Of a DNA stretch of 64,000 nucleotides, positions 35,118 through 44,703 are shown one piece after another. The position numbers and the translations under genes are program-made. The stretch's first letter is position 1. Each line of letters begins with the position of its first letter. The stretch lies in NCBI GenBank assembly GCA_963767925.1, contig CAVYGB010000010.1:288001-352000 (forward strand), read 5' to 3'. The notes under the pieces are model-generated. The model was given only the letters and a program-made list of their open reading frames with translations. It made no database searches and was not told the origin of the DNA. The stretch comes from an uncultured delta proteobacterium. Its GTDB lineage: Bacteria > Myxococcota_A > Polyangia > Fen-1088.

Positions 35118-37019
35118 GTGAACGAGCCGGGGCTCACCCCCTTCGACTTTCACCTGCTGGCCGAGGGGACCCACGGCAACCTCCACGACAAGCTGGGCGC
35201 CCACCTCGTGGGAGAAGGTGACCGGGCCGGGACGCGCTTCGCGGTCTGGGCCCCCAACGCCGAGGCGGTGGAGGTTGTCGGGGACTTCAGCGGCTGGCGC
35301 ACGGGCGGGATCGCGCTCGAGCCGGTGGCGCTGACCGGCGTCTGGCAGGGGTTCGCCCCCGGCGTCGGCGCCGGGCAACGTTACAAGTACCGGATCCGCT
35401 CCCGGCACCGGGGCTACACGGTGGACAAGGCCGACCCCTTCGCCTTCGCCGCCGAGACGCCCCCCGCCACCGCCTCGGTGGTCTGGGCGCCCGACCACGT
35501 CTGGCAAGACGACGACTGGATGCGCATCCGACGGGCGCGCAACGCGCTGGACGCGCCCATCTCGATCTACGAGGTGCACCTCGGCTCCTGGATGCGCGAC
35601 CCGGAGCAGCCCGAGCGCTTCCTCGGCTACCGGGCCCTGGCTCCCCTGCTGGTGGACCATGTCCAGCGCACCGGCTTCACGCACGTCGAGCTGATGCCGG
35701 TGATGGAGCACCCGTTTTACGGCTCCTGGGGCTACCAGGTGACGTCGTTCTTCGCCCCCAGCGCCCGCTTCGGATCGCCCTCGGACTTCATGTTCCTGGT
35801 CGACACCCTCCACCGCAACGGCATCGGCGTGATCCTCGACTGGACCCCGGCCCACTTTCCCACCGACGAGCACGGGCTCATGTACTTCGACGGCACCCAC
35901 CTCTACGAACACGCCGACCCCCGCCAGGGCATTCACGCCCACTGGGGCAGCGCCCTGTTCAACTACGACCGCAACGAGGTGCGGAGCTTCCTCATCTCGA
36001 ACGCCAACTTCTGGCTCGAGCGCTACCACGCCGACGGGCTGCGGGTGGACGCCGTCGCCTCGATGCTCTACCTCGACTACGGCCGCAAGGAGGGCGAGTG
36101 GATCCCCAACCGCCACGGGGGCCGGGAGGACCTGGCGGCGGTGGACTTCTTGCGCACCTGCAACGAGTCCATCTACCGCGCCCACCCCGACGTGCACAGC
36201 ATGGCCGAGGAGTCGACCTCCTGGCCCATGGTGACCCGCCCGACCTATCTGGGAGGCCTCGGCTTCGGCATGAAGTGGGACATGGGCTGGATGCACGACA
36301 CGCTCGAATACGCCGCTATCGATCCCCTGTTTCGCCGGCACCACCACCACAAGCTCACCTTCCGGGGCATGTACGCCGCCTCGGAGAACTTCATCTTGCC
36401 GCTCTCGCACGACGAGGTGGTGCACGGCAAGGGTTCGCTCTCGACAAGATGCCGGGCGACACCTGGCAGAAGTTCGCCTCGCTGCGCCTGCTGTATTCCT
36501 ACATGTGGGCGGTGCCGGGCAAGAAGCTGCTGTTCATGGGGGGCGAGTTCGGCCAGTGGCGGGAGTGGAGCCACGAGCGCAGCCTGGACTGGCACCTGCT
36601 GCAGGAGTCGGCCCCGCACGGGCAGCTGCAGCAGCTGGTGCGCGAGCTCAACCGCCTGCTGCGGGCCGAGCCGAGCCTGCACGAGCTGGACTTCGATCGG
36701 GCCGGGTTCGAGTGGATCGCCGCCGATGACGTCGAGAACAGCGTCTACGCCTTCGTGCGCAAGGGGCGCGACCCCGACGCGTCCCTGGTGTGTGTCTTCA
36801 ACTTCACCCCCGTCCCGCGCTATCGACTACCACCTCGGCCTGCCCCGGGAAGGGACCTGGATCGAGGCGCTGAATAGCGACGCCGCGCCTTTTGGCGGCA
36901 GCAATTTGGGGAACCTGGGGGGTGTGACGGCGGCGGCTATTCCGTCCCACGGGCGTGCGTTCTCGGCCCGTCTGACGTTGCCGCCGCTGGCGGCGCTCTT
37001 CTTGAAGCACCGGGACTGA
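35118..37019 (+). CDS. glgB: 1,4-alpha-glucan branching enzyme, two compensating frameshifts (~36440, ~36823)
   Basis: [42 protein letters not shown] and [11 protein letters not shown]. The segment [20 protein letters not shown] sits in the alternative frame. Confidence 0.93.
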   Translation: MNEPGLTPFDFHLLAEGTHGNLHDKLGAHLVGEGDRAGTRFAVWAPNAEAVEVVGDFSGWRTGGIALEPVALTGVWQGFAPGVGAGQRYKYRIRSRHRGYTVDKADPFAFAAETPPATASVVWAPDHVWQDDDWMRIRRARNALDAPISIYEVHLGSWMRDPEQPERFLGYRALAPLLVDHVQRTGFTHVELMPVMEHPFYGSWGYQVTSFFAPSARFGSPSDFMFLVDTLHRNGIGVILDWTPAHFPTDEHGLMYFDGTHLYEHADPRQGIHAHWGSALFNYDRNEVRSFLISNANFWLERYHADGLRVDAVASMLYLDYGRKEGEWIPNRHGGREDLAAVDFLRTCNESIYRAHPDVHSMAEESTSWPMVTRPTYLGGLGFGMKWDMGWMHDTLEYAAIDPLFRRHHHHKLTFRGMYAASENFILPLSHDEVVHGKGSLSTRCRATPGRSSPRCACCIPTCGRCRARSCCSWGASSASGGSGATSAAWTGTCCRSRPRTGSCSSWCASSTACCGPSRACTSWTSIGPGSSGSPPMTSRTASTPSCARGATPTRPWCVSSTSPPSRAIDYHLGLPREGTWIEALNSDAAPFGGSNLGNLGGVTAAAIPSHGRAFSARLTLPPLAALFLKHRD

Positions 37020-37045
37020 CGTTCACGTTCACGTGCTCCGTCAGA

Positions 37046-37178
<133 letters not shown>

Positions 37179-37256
37179 GACGTGAACGGAAGACGTGAAC
37201 GGAAGACGTGAACGGAAGACGTGATCGGAAGACGTGAACGGAAGACGTGATCGGAA
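37179..37256. repeat. 13-bp tandem repeat GACGTGA(A/T)CGGAA x6
   Basis: Read directly; abuts the hexamer run and has no spacers. Confidence 0.9.
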
Positions 37257-37366
37257 GACGTCAGACGTGCACGTCTCTCGTGCTCGTCGTCGTTCACGGG
37301 ACCCGTCAGACGTGCACGTCTCAGGTGCTCGTGCTCGTGCACGCAAGACGTGCACGGATTTCAGAC

Positions 37367-38038
37367 CTAAGGCCCGGCTTCGTACCCGTCGTGAAGCTTC
37401 ACCGTCAACGCGTCCCCGGGCTGGACCCCCTCGAACGCGTAGCTGGCTCGGCCCGCGCCCCGGATCGCCTGCAGGGGAGCCGATCCCAGCTTCACGTAGC
37501 CGTAGACCTGATCGCCGTCGGGATCGCTCACCTGGACGGTGACGACCACCTTGCCCATCTCCAGGGCGGGGGCCCCCTTGACCTCGTAGACCGGCTTGCG
37601 GTTGGGGCCCCGCTTGGCGCAGCTCGCGGCGCTGGCCATTGCCCAGCGATCGAGCACCGTCGCCTCGTACTCCGAGAGAGGGCTGGCCGGCGGCGGCGGC
37701 ATCCGCAGGATGTCCGGGGCGCCCGGGCCGGTCTGGATCGAGATGGCCCCAGCCGCCGAGGCGGCGCCCCCCACAACGGGGTTCCCCGCCGTGTCGGTGC
37801 CGAGGATCCAGAGCTTCTCGGCGGTGAAGGCGGCGTTGAACGGCGCCGAAGTGCAGATGTCGTAGCGGGTGGTCGGCGCGATCTCGCTGCCGGCCGTGGA
37901 CCCGTGGCAGTGGCTGCAGCTCCCGCGCAAGATGGGGTAGACGTCGAGGTCCCAGCTCGGGGTGGCGGGGGGCTCGGGCGCGCCGCAGGCGACCGAGCCG
38001 ATCGTCGCCAGACACACCGCCGCCATCGTCCGTCCCAT
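37367..38038 (-). CDS. Lipoprotein with a single CxxCH (putative c-type heme) motif
   Basis: MGRTMAAVCLATIGSVAC lipobox; PSWDLDVYPILRGSCSHCH and RMPP..LS..E...LDRW. Confidence 0.7.
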   Translation of the reverse strand: MGRTMAAVCLATIGSVACGAPEPPATPSWDLDVYPILRGSCSHCHGSTAGSEIAPTTRYDICTSAPFNAAFTAEKLWILGTDTAGNPVVGGAASAAGAISIQTGPGAPDILRMPPPPASPLSEYEATVLDRWAMASAASCAKRGPNRKPVYEVKGAPALEMGKVVVTVQVSDPDGDQVYGYVKLGSAPLQAIRGAGRASYAFEGVQPGDALTVKLHDGYEAGP

Positions 38039-38433
38039 CTTCACCCCCTGGTAAGTAAAGCAGACGGTCAGGTCCGGGGCAAAGCCCCCGGGCTGACCAG
38101 GGTGCCCCCCGGCTGGCCGGGTTGAAAGATCGGGCCGACCGAGCGTCTCTACAGATGGGAGCCGGGAGGAGGGGGGGGCAGCGGATGTCAGGCGGCGCGG
38201 AAGCAAAGATGCTGGAGCGACGCTGCCCATCCGGTCTCCACTCGGCGGACGATTTCCAGGGCAGACCCCGGCAATAGAGACGTCACGACGTTGTCCGGCG
38301 AGCGACGGGTTGCACCTGTGGCCCGCCGGAGATCGAGGAGAAGCAGCCGATCGCCGCGGAGACGGGCCGGGGGGCCTCTTCGGCGCACGGCTGTGCCAAG
38401 CGCCGCGCGAGCGGCAGAACAAGGAGAACGCGT

Positions 38434-38589
38434 ATGGAGAGCAATGTGGCCGTGTTTCCGATGGAGTCCGCCGTTCAGGCCTTCGAGTCCGCGGTGCAGC
38501 CGTTCGAGTCGGCCGTGCAGCCGCTCGAGTCCGCGGTGCAGCCGTTCGAGTCGGCCGTGCAGCCGTTCGAATCGGCGGTGCGCGGATAG
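38434..38589 (+). CDS. Putative repeat-cassette RiPP precursor peptide, 51 aa (MESNVAVFPMESAVQAFESAVQPFESAVQPLESAVQPFESAVQPFESAVRG)
   Basis: RBS AAGGAGA at 38421, ATG 38434, TAG 38587-38589. Much of the variation between the 21-nt repeats is synonymous in this frame (TCC/TCG, GCC/GCG, GTT/GTG, GAG/GAA). It is the first gene of the YcaO operon. Confidence 0.85.
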   Translation: MESNVAVFPMESAVQAFESAVQPFESAVQPLESAVQPFESAVQPFESAVRG

Positions 38590-38624
38590 GCCCGAAGATC
38601 GTTCGGCGTAAGCGTTGTTGAAAG

Positions 38625-38664
38625 GCGGGAGGAGGTGGCCGGCACCTCGACCACCTCCTCCCGC
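38625..38664 (+). promoter_or_regulatory. Perfect 14-bp stem-loop between the precursor and the modification genes
   Basis: GCGGGAGGAGGTGG-N12-CCACCTCCTCCCGC with no U-tract. Confidence 0.7.
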
Positions 38665-38683
38665 TCGTGAAGGGAACACGACG

Positions 38684-39484
38684 ATGACCAGCACGGCCCA
38701 GTACTTCGATGCCCGCGCCACACGCTACGACGAGGAGTTCTCCGACGGCAGCGTCTGGAGCATCGCCCATCGGATCGCCTGGCGGCTGGTCCAGCCCCAC
38801 CTGCCGCGCGGGCGGGCCCTCGAGGTCCTCGACGCCGGCTGCGGTACCGGCAAGTGGGGCCGGCCCTTCTCGGCGGAGGGGCAGGCCGTCACCTACAGCG
38901 ATCTGTCCCCGAAGATGGTGGAGCAGGCGCTGGCCCTGGCCCGCGCGGCCAACCCGCGGGCCCCCAGCGAGGGGGCCACCCTCTCGGTCGACGCGCTCGA
39001 TGGGCTGCCCGACGCCCGCTTCGACCTCGCCCTGTGCATGGGCGATCCCCTCTCGTACGCCGCGGACCCACCGCGCGGGATCCGCGAGCTGACCCGGGTC
39101 ACCCGGTCGGGCGGCCTCATCCTGGTCAGCGTCGACAGCCGCCTCGGCTACCTGCGGGTGTTCAAGGAGCGCGACGGCTACGACCTCGATGCCCTGGCCC
39201 GCTTCCTCGAGACCGGAGATCTGCCCCGCTCCTGGGAGGGGTTGCCCCTGCACGCCTTCACCCCGGAGGAGCTACGGCGCGCGTTCGATCGAGCCGGGGC
39301 GGACACCGTCGCGGTCTGGTCGCTCCCCACCGTCTCGGCATACTTCCTCTTCGATCCGGCCTTCCGCGCCCGCCTGACCGATCCCGGCTTCGTCGACCGC
39401 CTGGTCGAGCTGGAGCTGGGGGCCCTGGGGCTGGGAGGCGCGCCGGGCACCCACCATCTGTATGGGGTCTTTCGACGGCGATGA
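38684..39484 (+). CDS. Class I SAM-dependent methyltransferase
   Basis: VLDAGCGTG, DLSPKMV, RFDLALC and RVTRSGG. Confidence 0.9.
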   Translation: MTSTAQYFDARATRYDEEFSDGSVWSIAHRIAWRLVQPHLPRGRALEVLDAGCGTGKWGRPFSAEGQAVTYSDLSPKMVEQALALARAANPRAPSEGATLSVDALDGLPDARFDLALCMGDPLSYAADPPRGIRELTRVTRSGGLILVSVDSRLGYLRVFKERDGYDLDALARFLETGDLPRSWEGLPLHAFTPEELRRAFDRAGADTVAVWSLPTVSAYFLFDPAFRARLTDPGFVDRLVELELGALGLGGAPGTHHLYGVFRRR

Positions 39485-40335
39485 GCGCGAACCCTGCCAC
39501 CAGACCAGGCGCGCCGATCGACCCGCCCCCCGCGCGGGAGGTCCCCGAAACACGCGCCTTCCCCACCTCCGACGCTTCCCCCGCCCCCCTTGCCTTCCTC
39601 GACTTCCTGGGCGCGGTCCGGACCGTGCGCCACTTCGCGCCGGAGCCCGTTCCCCAGGCGGTGATCGATCGGGCCATCGCCGCCGGCCAGCGCGCCCCGA
39701 GCGCCTCGAACAACCAGCTCTATTCGGTCATCCAGATCGACGATCCCGCCCTGCGCACGTGCATCGCCGACGCCATGGTGACCCAGGACTTCGTGCGGGC
39801 GGCGCCGACCTGGCTCATGGTCTGCGTCGACTGGAGCCGCCAGGACGCGGTGGGGCGCACGCTGGGCCTCCGCACGAAGCTCAACCGCGAGGCCCGGCGC
39901 TTCACCGGGATCGTCGACGCCAGCATCTTCGCCCACCACCTCGGGCTGGCGCTGATGGCCCAGGGGATCGGGTCCTGCCTCATCGCCAGCCCCTGGACCG
40001 CGCTCCGCAAGCTGGCGCGCCTGCTGGCCATTCCCGAGCGCTCGGCCATGCCGCTGCACCTGCTCATCGCCGGTTTCCCCGCCGAGCAGCCGGCCGCCCG
40101 GCCCCGCTACCCGGCCGCCATGATCGTCAGCCAGGACCGCTTCCGGGCGCCCGACCCGGCGGAGGTGGCCCGCTACCTCGACGAGGGCGACCGGCTGCTG
40201 CGGGGCCAGGGCTACTTCGCCTCGGCCGACACCGGCGTCCACTCCTGGCACGAGCTTTACCGCGTGCGCTACAGCGGGGTCGCGCGGCGCCGCACCTGGA
40301 CCCCCCTGCGGAGGGACCTTGCGCGCTTCCTGTGA
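39481..40335 (+). CDS. Nitroreductase-family flavoprotein (NfsA/FRP-like)
   Basis: RTVRHF, RAPSASNNQ, VDASI..H..LA...QGIGSC and GFPAEQP..RPRYP; ATGA overlap with the methyltransferase. Confidence 0.85.
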   Translation: MSANPATRPGAPIDPPPAREVPETRAFPTSDASPAPLAFLDFLGAVRTVRHFAPEPVPQAVIDRAIAAGQRAPSASNNQLYSVIQIDDPALRTCIADAMVTQDFVRAAPTWLMVCVDWSRQDAVGRTLGLRTKLNREARRFTGIVDASIFAHHLGLALMAQGIGSCLIASPWTALRKLARLLAIPERSAMPLHLLIAGFPAEQPAARPRYPAAMIVSQDRFRAPDPAEVARYLDEGDRLLRGQGYFASADTGVHSWHELYRVRYSGVARRRTWTPLRRDLARFL

Positions 40336-42541
40336 CCGCCTGCTGCGCACGGTGGATGCGGCCTGGCTGGGAGCAACCAGCTACGGCCTGTTTGCCGCCG
40401 ACGGCGCGTCGGTGCGGCGCTGGGTTGTCGCGGGGACGCCGCAGGAGCGGGCCCGCTGGTGTGCCCTCTTCCGGCGGGGCATCTCGATCGCCGACCTGCT
40501 GCTCCTCGAGCCGCGCTGGCGGCGCCGGGACATGCGGGCCTTGCTGCGGAGCTGGCTGCACAGCGGCTGGCTCGACGGAGCCGTCCTTCCGGCCGAGCCG
40601 GCCGATGGGGGTGCGGGGTCCGCGCCGGCGGGGGAGCCGGCGCCGGCGCCGGGCGGGGTGATCACCTTCGGCGACGCGCCCGCGCTCCGCCTGCTGCTGC
40701 CGGGGACCAGCCACCGGCCGCGCCAGGGAGGATCCACCGCCTGGATGCGGTCCCTGCTCGCGGCGGCTGCCCCGCGGCTGGTGATCTACGACGCGCAGGC
40801 GATGCAGTGGTCGGGGCTCTCGGTGTTGCACCGGCAGGTGGTCGGGCGGGTCGACCTCCTCGCGCTGTTCCGGCTGGGCGGCTGCTTCGCCGCGGTCGCC
40901 CTCCCCGCCGGATCGGAGGCCTGCCTGGGCTGCGCCGAGCGCTGGCTGATCGGCTCGTCCCCCTTCCCCCGGGAGATCGGCGCCTGGCTGCAGGGGCTGA
41001 TCACCGAGGCCACCGGACAGGTCGAGCCGCTGCCGCTGCCCTGGGCGCGCGAGCTGGCCGACCTCGCCGCGGGCCTGGGGCACGGGCAAGCAGGGACCGC
41101 CAGCGTCACGGTGGCGACCAGCGGCGAGCCGCCGCAGCGGGCGCGCCTGCGGCAGCACCCCTCCTGCCCCGGCCGCCATCGCCCGCCCCCCCTGCCGGCG
41201 CGACCCGGGTCGGCGGCACCGGCGGCGGTAGCGCCGCTGCCGGCGGTGCCGCCGCGCGCGCCAGGCGAGGAGCGCACGTCGGGGGTGCTCGCGCGGTGTC
41301 TGTCCGAGCTGGCCGGGCCGGCCGGGCTGTTCCGCGGCCTGCAGGTGGAGGACGTCGGCGAGCCCGGCGGCCCGAGCTACTACTTCGCCCGGGCGGCGTT
41401 CAACACCGGCTTTCGCACCCACCACGGCGACCCGGTCCACTGCTTCGGCGACGGCGAGGACGCCGCGCTGGCCTCGCTCCGCTGCGCCGCCGAGTGCCTC
41501 GAGCGCTTCTGCACTTTCCACTTCGACAGCCGGTCCTGGCGCCGGGCCACCTGGGCGGAGCTCGGCGACCACGCCGTCGCCCCGCCGAGCCTGACGCTCT
41601 ACTCGGAGGCGCAATATCAGACGCAGGGCTTCCCCTTCCCCCGGTTCGATCCCCACCGCCCGGGCGACTGGCTGCGCGGGCACGCGCTGGCCAGCGGGCG
41701 CGAGGTGTGGGTGCCGGCCGAGCTGGTCTTCGTCGGCTACTCGGCGCCGGCCGCCCTGACCATCGAGACCTCGGCCGGCGCCGCCACCCAGCAGAGCTTC
41801 GAGGCCGCCGCCGCCGCCGGCCTGCTCGAGGTGCTCGAGCGCGACGCCCTGGCCGTCACCTTCCTCGCCGGGCACGCCCCGCCGCGCCTGTCCCTCCCCG
41901 CCGAAGGCGAGACGAGCGACCGGGTGCGGCTCATGCGCGACAGCGGCTACCAGGTCGTCGCGCTCGACCTGACCCTCGATCTGGAGATCTCCGTCGTCCT
42001 GGTGCTGGCGCTGCGGCCCGGCGGCCCGGGTCCGCTCCTCCTCAAGGGCGCCGGCTCGTCCTTCCGGCGCGAGCGCGCCCTGGCTCAGGCCATGCGGGAG
42101 CTGTGGCGCAGCTTCCTCTACTATCGCCGGCACCCCGAGGCGGCGACCGTCGCCCGCAGCGCCCACCCCTGGAGCCTCGAATATGGGCTGGCCTACTACC
42201 AGCGCCCGGAGGCCCTCGCGACCCTCCGCTTCCTCCTGCAGGGGCCAGAGGCCCCGGCGAGCGCGAGCACCGCCGAGCCCGACACGCTCCCGCGGCTGGT
42301 CGAAGCCTGCGCCCGGGCCCAGCTCGAGCCCATCGCCGTCGACTGCACCCTGCCGATGCTGCGCGAGGTCGGCCTGCACTGCGTGCGGGTGCTGGTGCCG
42401 GGCCTGCAACCGCTCAGCGTGGGCGAGGCGCCCTGGCGCCTGGGTGGACAGCGGGTGCTCGACCTGCCCCGGCGGCTCGGGTGGCGCGACAGGCCCTTGA
42501 CCGAGGGGGAGCTCCACCGCGCTCCGCACTTTTTCACATGA
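40319..42541 (+). CDS. YcaO-family enzyme with N-terminal putative RRE and E1/ThiF-like region
   Basis: YcaO ATP/Mg motifs AECLER, TSAGAA and LLEVLERDA, plus VWVPAELVF, VRVLVPGLQP and C-terminal PHFFT. N-terminal ACLGC and HPSCP resemble fused TOMM cyclodehydratases. The start codon is uncertain. Confidence 0.88.
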   Translation: MRASCDRLLRTVDAAWLGATSYGLFAADGASVRRWVVAGTPQERARWCALFRRGISIADLLLLEPRWRRRDMRALLRSWLHSGWLDGAVLPAEPADGGAGSAPAGEPAPAPGGVITFGDAPALRLLLPGTSHRPRQGGSTAWMRSLLAAAAPRLVIYDAQAMQWSGLSVLHRQVVGRVDLLALFRLGGCFAAVALPAGSEACLGCAERWLIGSSPFPREIGAWLQGLITEATGQVEPLPLPWARELADLAAGLGHGQAGTASVTVATSGEPPQRARLRQHPSCPGRHRPPPLPARPGSAAPAAVAPLPAVPPRAPGEERTSGVLARCLSELAGPAGLFRGLQVEDVGEPGGPSYYFARAAFNTGFRTHHGDPVHCFGDGEDAALASLRCAAECLERFCTFHFDSRSWRRATWAELGDHAVAPPSLTLYSEAQYQTQGFPFPRFDPHRPGDWLRGHALASGREVWVPAELVFVGYSAPAALTIETSAGAATQQSFEAAAAAGLLEVLERDALAVTFLAGHAPPRLSLPAEGETSDRVRLMRDSGYQVVALDLTLDLEISVVLVLALRPGGPGPLLLKGAGSSFRRERALAQAMRELWRSFLYYRRHPEAATVARSAHPWSLEYGLAYYQRPEALATLRFLLQGPEAPASASTAEPDTLPRLVEACARAQLEPIAVDCTLPMLREVGLHCVRVLVPGLQPLSVGEAPWRLGGQRVLDLPRRLGWRDRPLTEGELHRAPHFFT

Positions 42542-43806
42542 GCGGCGCGGTCGACAGCCTCCTGCCCGGGTCGCCGGCGGTGCCGGGACCGGCGGCGCGG
42601 CCTGGCCCGACCGCCGGCGCGCTCGCCCCCCTGCCGGCGCGGGCCGCGGACCACGGGCGCGGGCTGCGGCTGCGGGCCTGGCGCGAGAAGTTCCACCGCC
42701 TCCCGGGCCGGTCGGGGCAGGAGGCCGAGACCGAGGCGGCCATCCTCGGCGAGCTGGCCGGGCTCGGGCTTCCCTTTCACCTCGAGGGCCGGCGCCCGGG
42801 GCTGGTGGTCACCCTCGCCGGGAGCGACGGCCCGACCCTCACCGTGAGGGCGCCCATCGACGCCCTCCCCGTCCAGGAGGAGACCGGACTGGCCTGCGCC
42901 TCCACGGTCCCCGGCGTGATGCACGCCTGTGGCCACGACGCCAACATCGCCGTTCAGCTCGAGCTGGCCCGGGCCTTCGCCGCCGACCCGCCCGCCCGGG
43001 GCCACCTGCGGCTCCTGTTCCAGCCCGAGGAGGAGACCCTCACCGGTGCCCGCCACATGCTCGACAGCGGCACCCTGGCGCTGGGTCCCCAGGACGCCCT
43101 GTGCAGCTTTCACCTCAGCCCATCGCTGCCGCTCGGGCGGGTGGGGCTGGCCGAGCCGGTCGCCCTGGCGTCGGTGGACGACTTCACCCTCGAGCTGACC
43201 GGGGGGGGCGGCCACGCCGGCTCGCCCCAGGCGGCGTCCGACCCGATCCTCGCGGCCAGCGAGCTGATCGGCCGCCTGCCCGGGCTGATCCGCCGCCGCC
43301 TCGATCCCCGCGACGTCGTCACCTGGACCATCGGCCGGCTCGAGGCGGGCACCGTCCGCAACGTTGTGGCGCCGCGCGCCCGGCTGGAGGGCACCCTCCG
43401 CTACTTCGAGGAGGCCGCCGCCGCCGCGGTCCGGGCGGCGCTGATCGGCGAGCTGCAGGCGGTGGCCGTGGCCCACGGCCTGGGGGCCGCTCACCAGTTC
43501 CGGACGGTGGTCCCCTCGCTGCGCAACGATCCGGCGCTGGGCGGCCTCTTCCTCGAGACCGCCGCGGCCCGCCTGGGGGCCGCGCAGGTCGATCGCCTGC
43601 GGCCCTCGCTGGCCGCCGACGACGCCGCGTACCTGCACGACCGGGCGCCCGGCGTCTACTGGCTGGTCGGCTGCGCCGCTCCGGAGGGCCCCACCCCACC
43701 ACTGCACAGCAGCCGCTTCGACTTTCCCGAGCCGACGCTGGAGATCGCCTTCGAGCTGCTGCGCGACTTCACCGACCGCTTCTTTGCAAGGAGAGCCCAC
43801 CCATGA
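42538..43806 (+). CDS. M20 (ACY1/hippuricase-like) amidohydrolase
   Basis: RAPIDALP, MHACGHD, LFQPEEE, GGGGHAG.P and LHSSRFD; ATGA overlap with the YcaO gene. Confidence 0.9.
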   Translation: MSGAVDSLLPGSPAVPGPAARPGPTAGALAPLPARAADHGRGLRLRAWREKFHRLPGRSGQEAETEAAILGELAGLGLPFHLEGRRPGLVVTLAGSDGPTLTVRAPIDALPVQEETGLACASTVPGVMHACGHDANIAVQLELARAFAADPPARGHLRLLFQPEEETLTGARHMLDSGTLALGPQDALCSFHLSPSLPLGRVGLAEPVALASVDDFTLELTGGGGHAGSPQAASDPILAASELIGRLPGLIRRRLDPRDVVTWTIGRLEAGTVRNVVAPRARLEGTLRYFEEAAAAAVRAALIGELQAVAVAHGLGAAHQFRTVVPSLRNDPALGGLFLETAAARLGAAQVDRLRPSLAADDAAYLHDRAPGVYWLVGCAAPEGPTPPLHSSRFDFPEPTLEIAFELLRDFTDRFFARRAHP

Positions 43807-44690
43807 CCCGCATTCTCGATGGCTGCTTCGTTGCCCTCGCCACCCCGTTCCGGGGCGGCGCCTTCGACGCCGACACCTACCGCCTCCACTGCGAGGCGGT
43901 CCTCGCCGGCGGGGTCGACGGCCTGGTCCCCTGCGGCACCACCGGAGAGGCCCCCACCTTGACCCGGGAGGAGTGGGCCGAGAACGTCCGCATCGCCGTG
44001 CGCGCCGCCGCCGGCAAGCCGGTCATCGCCGGCGCCGGGGCCTACGCCACCGCCGAGGCCATCGAGCTGGTGACCGTCGCCCGGGAGCTCGGCGCGCAGG
44101 CCGCCCTGGTTGTCACGCCCTACTACAACCGGCCCTCCCAGGACGGGCTGGTCGCTCACTTCGCCGCCATCGCCCGGGCCGTGCCCGGCTTTCCCCTGGT
44201 CGCCTACAACGTGCCCTTCCGGACGGGGATCGATCTGCTGGCCGCCAGCTACCCGAAGCTGGCCGAGGTCCGCGAGGTGGTGGCGGTCAAGGAGGCCACC
44301 AGCAACATGGCCCGGGTCACCGAGATCCGACAGCTCGTCGGCGAGCGGTTCGCGCTGCTGGCGGGCGACGACCTCACCATGTTGCCTTTCCTGGCGGCGG
44401 GGGGCCAGGGGGTCATCAGCGTCTCGGCCAACCTGGCGCCCCGGAAGGTGAGCGCCCTCATCCAGGCCGCGCGCGCCGGCGACTACCGCGCCGCCGGCGC
44501 CCTCAACGACGAGCTGGCGCCCCTGCACCTGGCCCTCGCCGAGGGCAACCCGGTGCCGGTCAAGGCGGCGCTGCACCTGCTGGGCCGCTTCGCCGACGAG
44601 CTGCGCCTGCCCCTGCTGCCGGCCGGCCCCGCGACCCGCGACCGCCTGGCCCGGGCCCTGGCCCGGCTGAACCTGACCCCGAAACAGTGA
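43803..44690 (+). CDS. dapA: 4-hydroxy-tetrahydrodipicolinate synthase
   Basis: ALATPF, GTTGE, TPYYNRP, YNVPFRTG, Schiff-base KEA, GDD and NPVPVK; ATGA overlap. Confidence 0.88.
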   Translation: MTRILDGCFVALATPFRGGAFDADTYRLHCEAVLAGGVDGLVPCGTTGEAPTLTREEWAENVRIAVRAAAGKPVIAGAGAYATAEAIELVTVARELGAQAALVVTPYYNRPSQDGLVAHFAAIARAVPGFPLVAYNVPFRTGIDLLAASYPKLAEVREVVAVKEATSNMARVTEIRQLVGERFALLAGDDLTMLPFLAAGGQGVISVSANLAPRKVSALIQAARAGDYRAAGALNDELAPLHLALAEGNPVPVKAALHLLGRFADELRLPLLPAGPATRDRLARALARLNLTPKQ

Positions 44691-44703
44691 GGAGGACCGG
44701 AAG

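Noticed and set aside
36430..36830. glgB internal frame switch as biological recoding
   Set aside because: Two compensating 1-nt indels with conserved GlgB sequence between them and no slippery site; most likely errors.
38381..38397. Sigma54 promoter for the RiPP precursor (GGCGCACGGCTGTGC)
   Set aside because: GG-to-GC spacing is 11 nt rather than the required 10.
38475..38723. Minus-strand ORF with TADSNGC repeats as a Cys/Ser/Thr-rich YcaO precursor
   Set aside because: It is antisense to the operon, has no clear RBS and overlaps the methyltransferase start. The + frame ESAVQP reading has a strong RBS and is co-oriented with the cluster.
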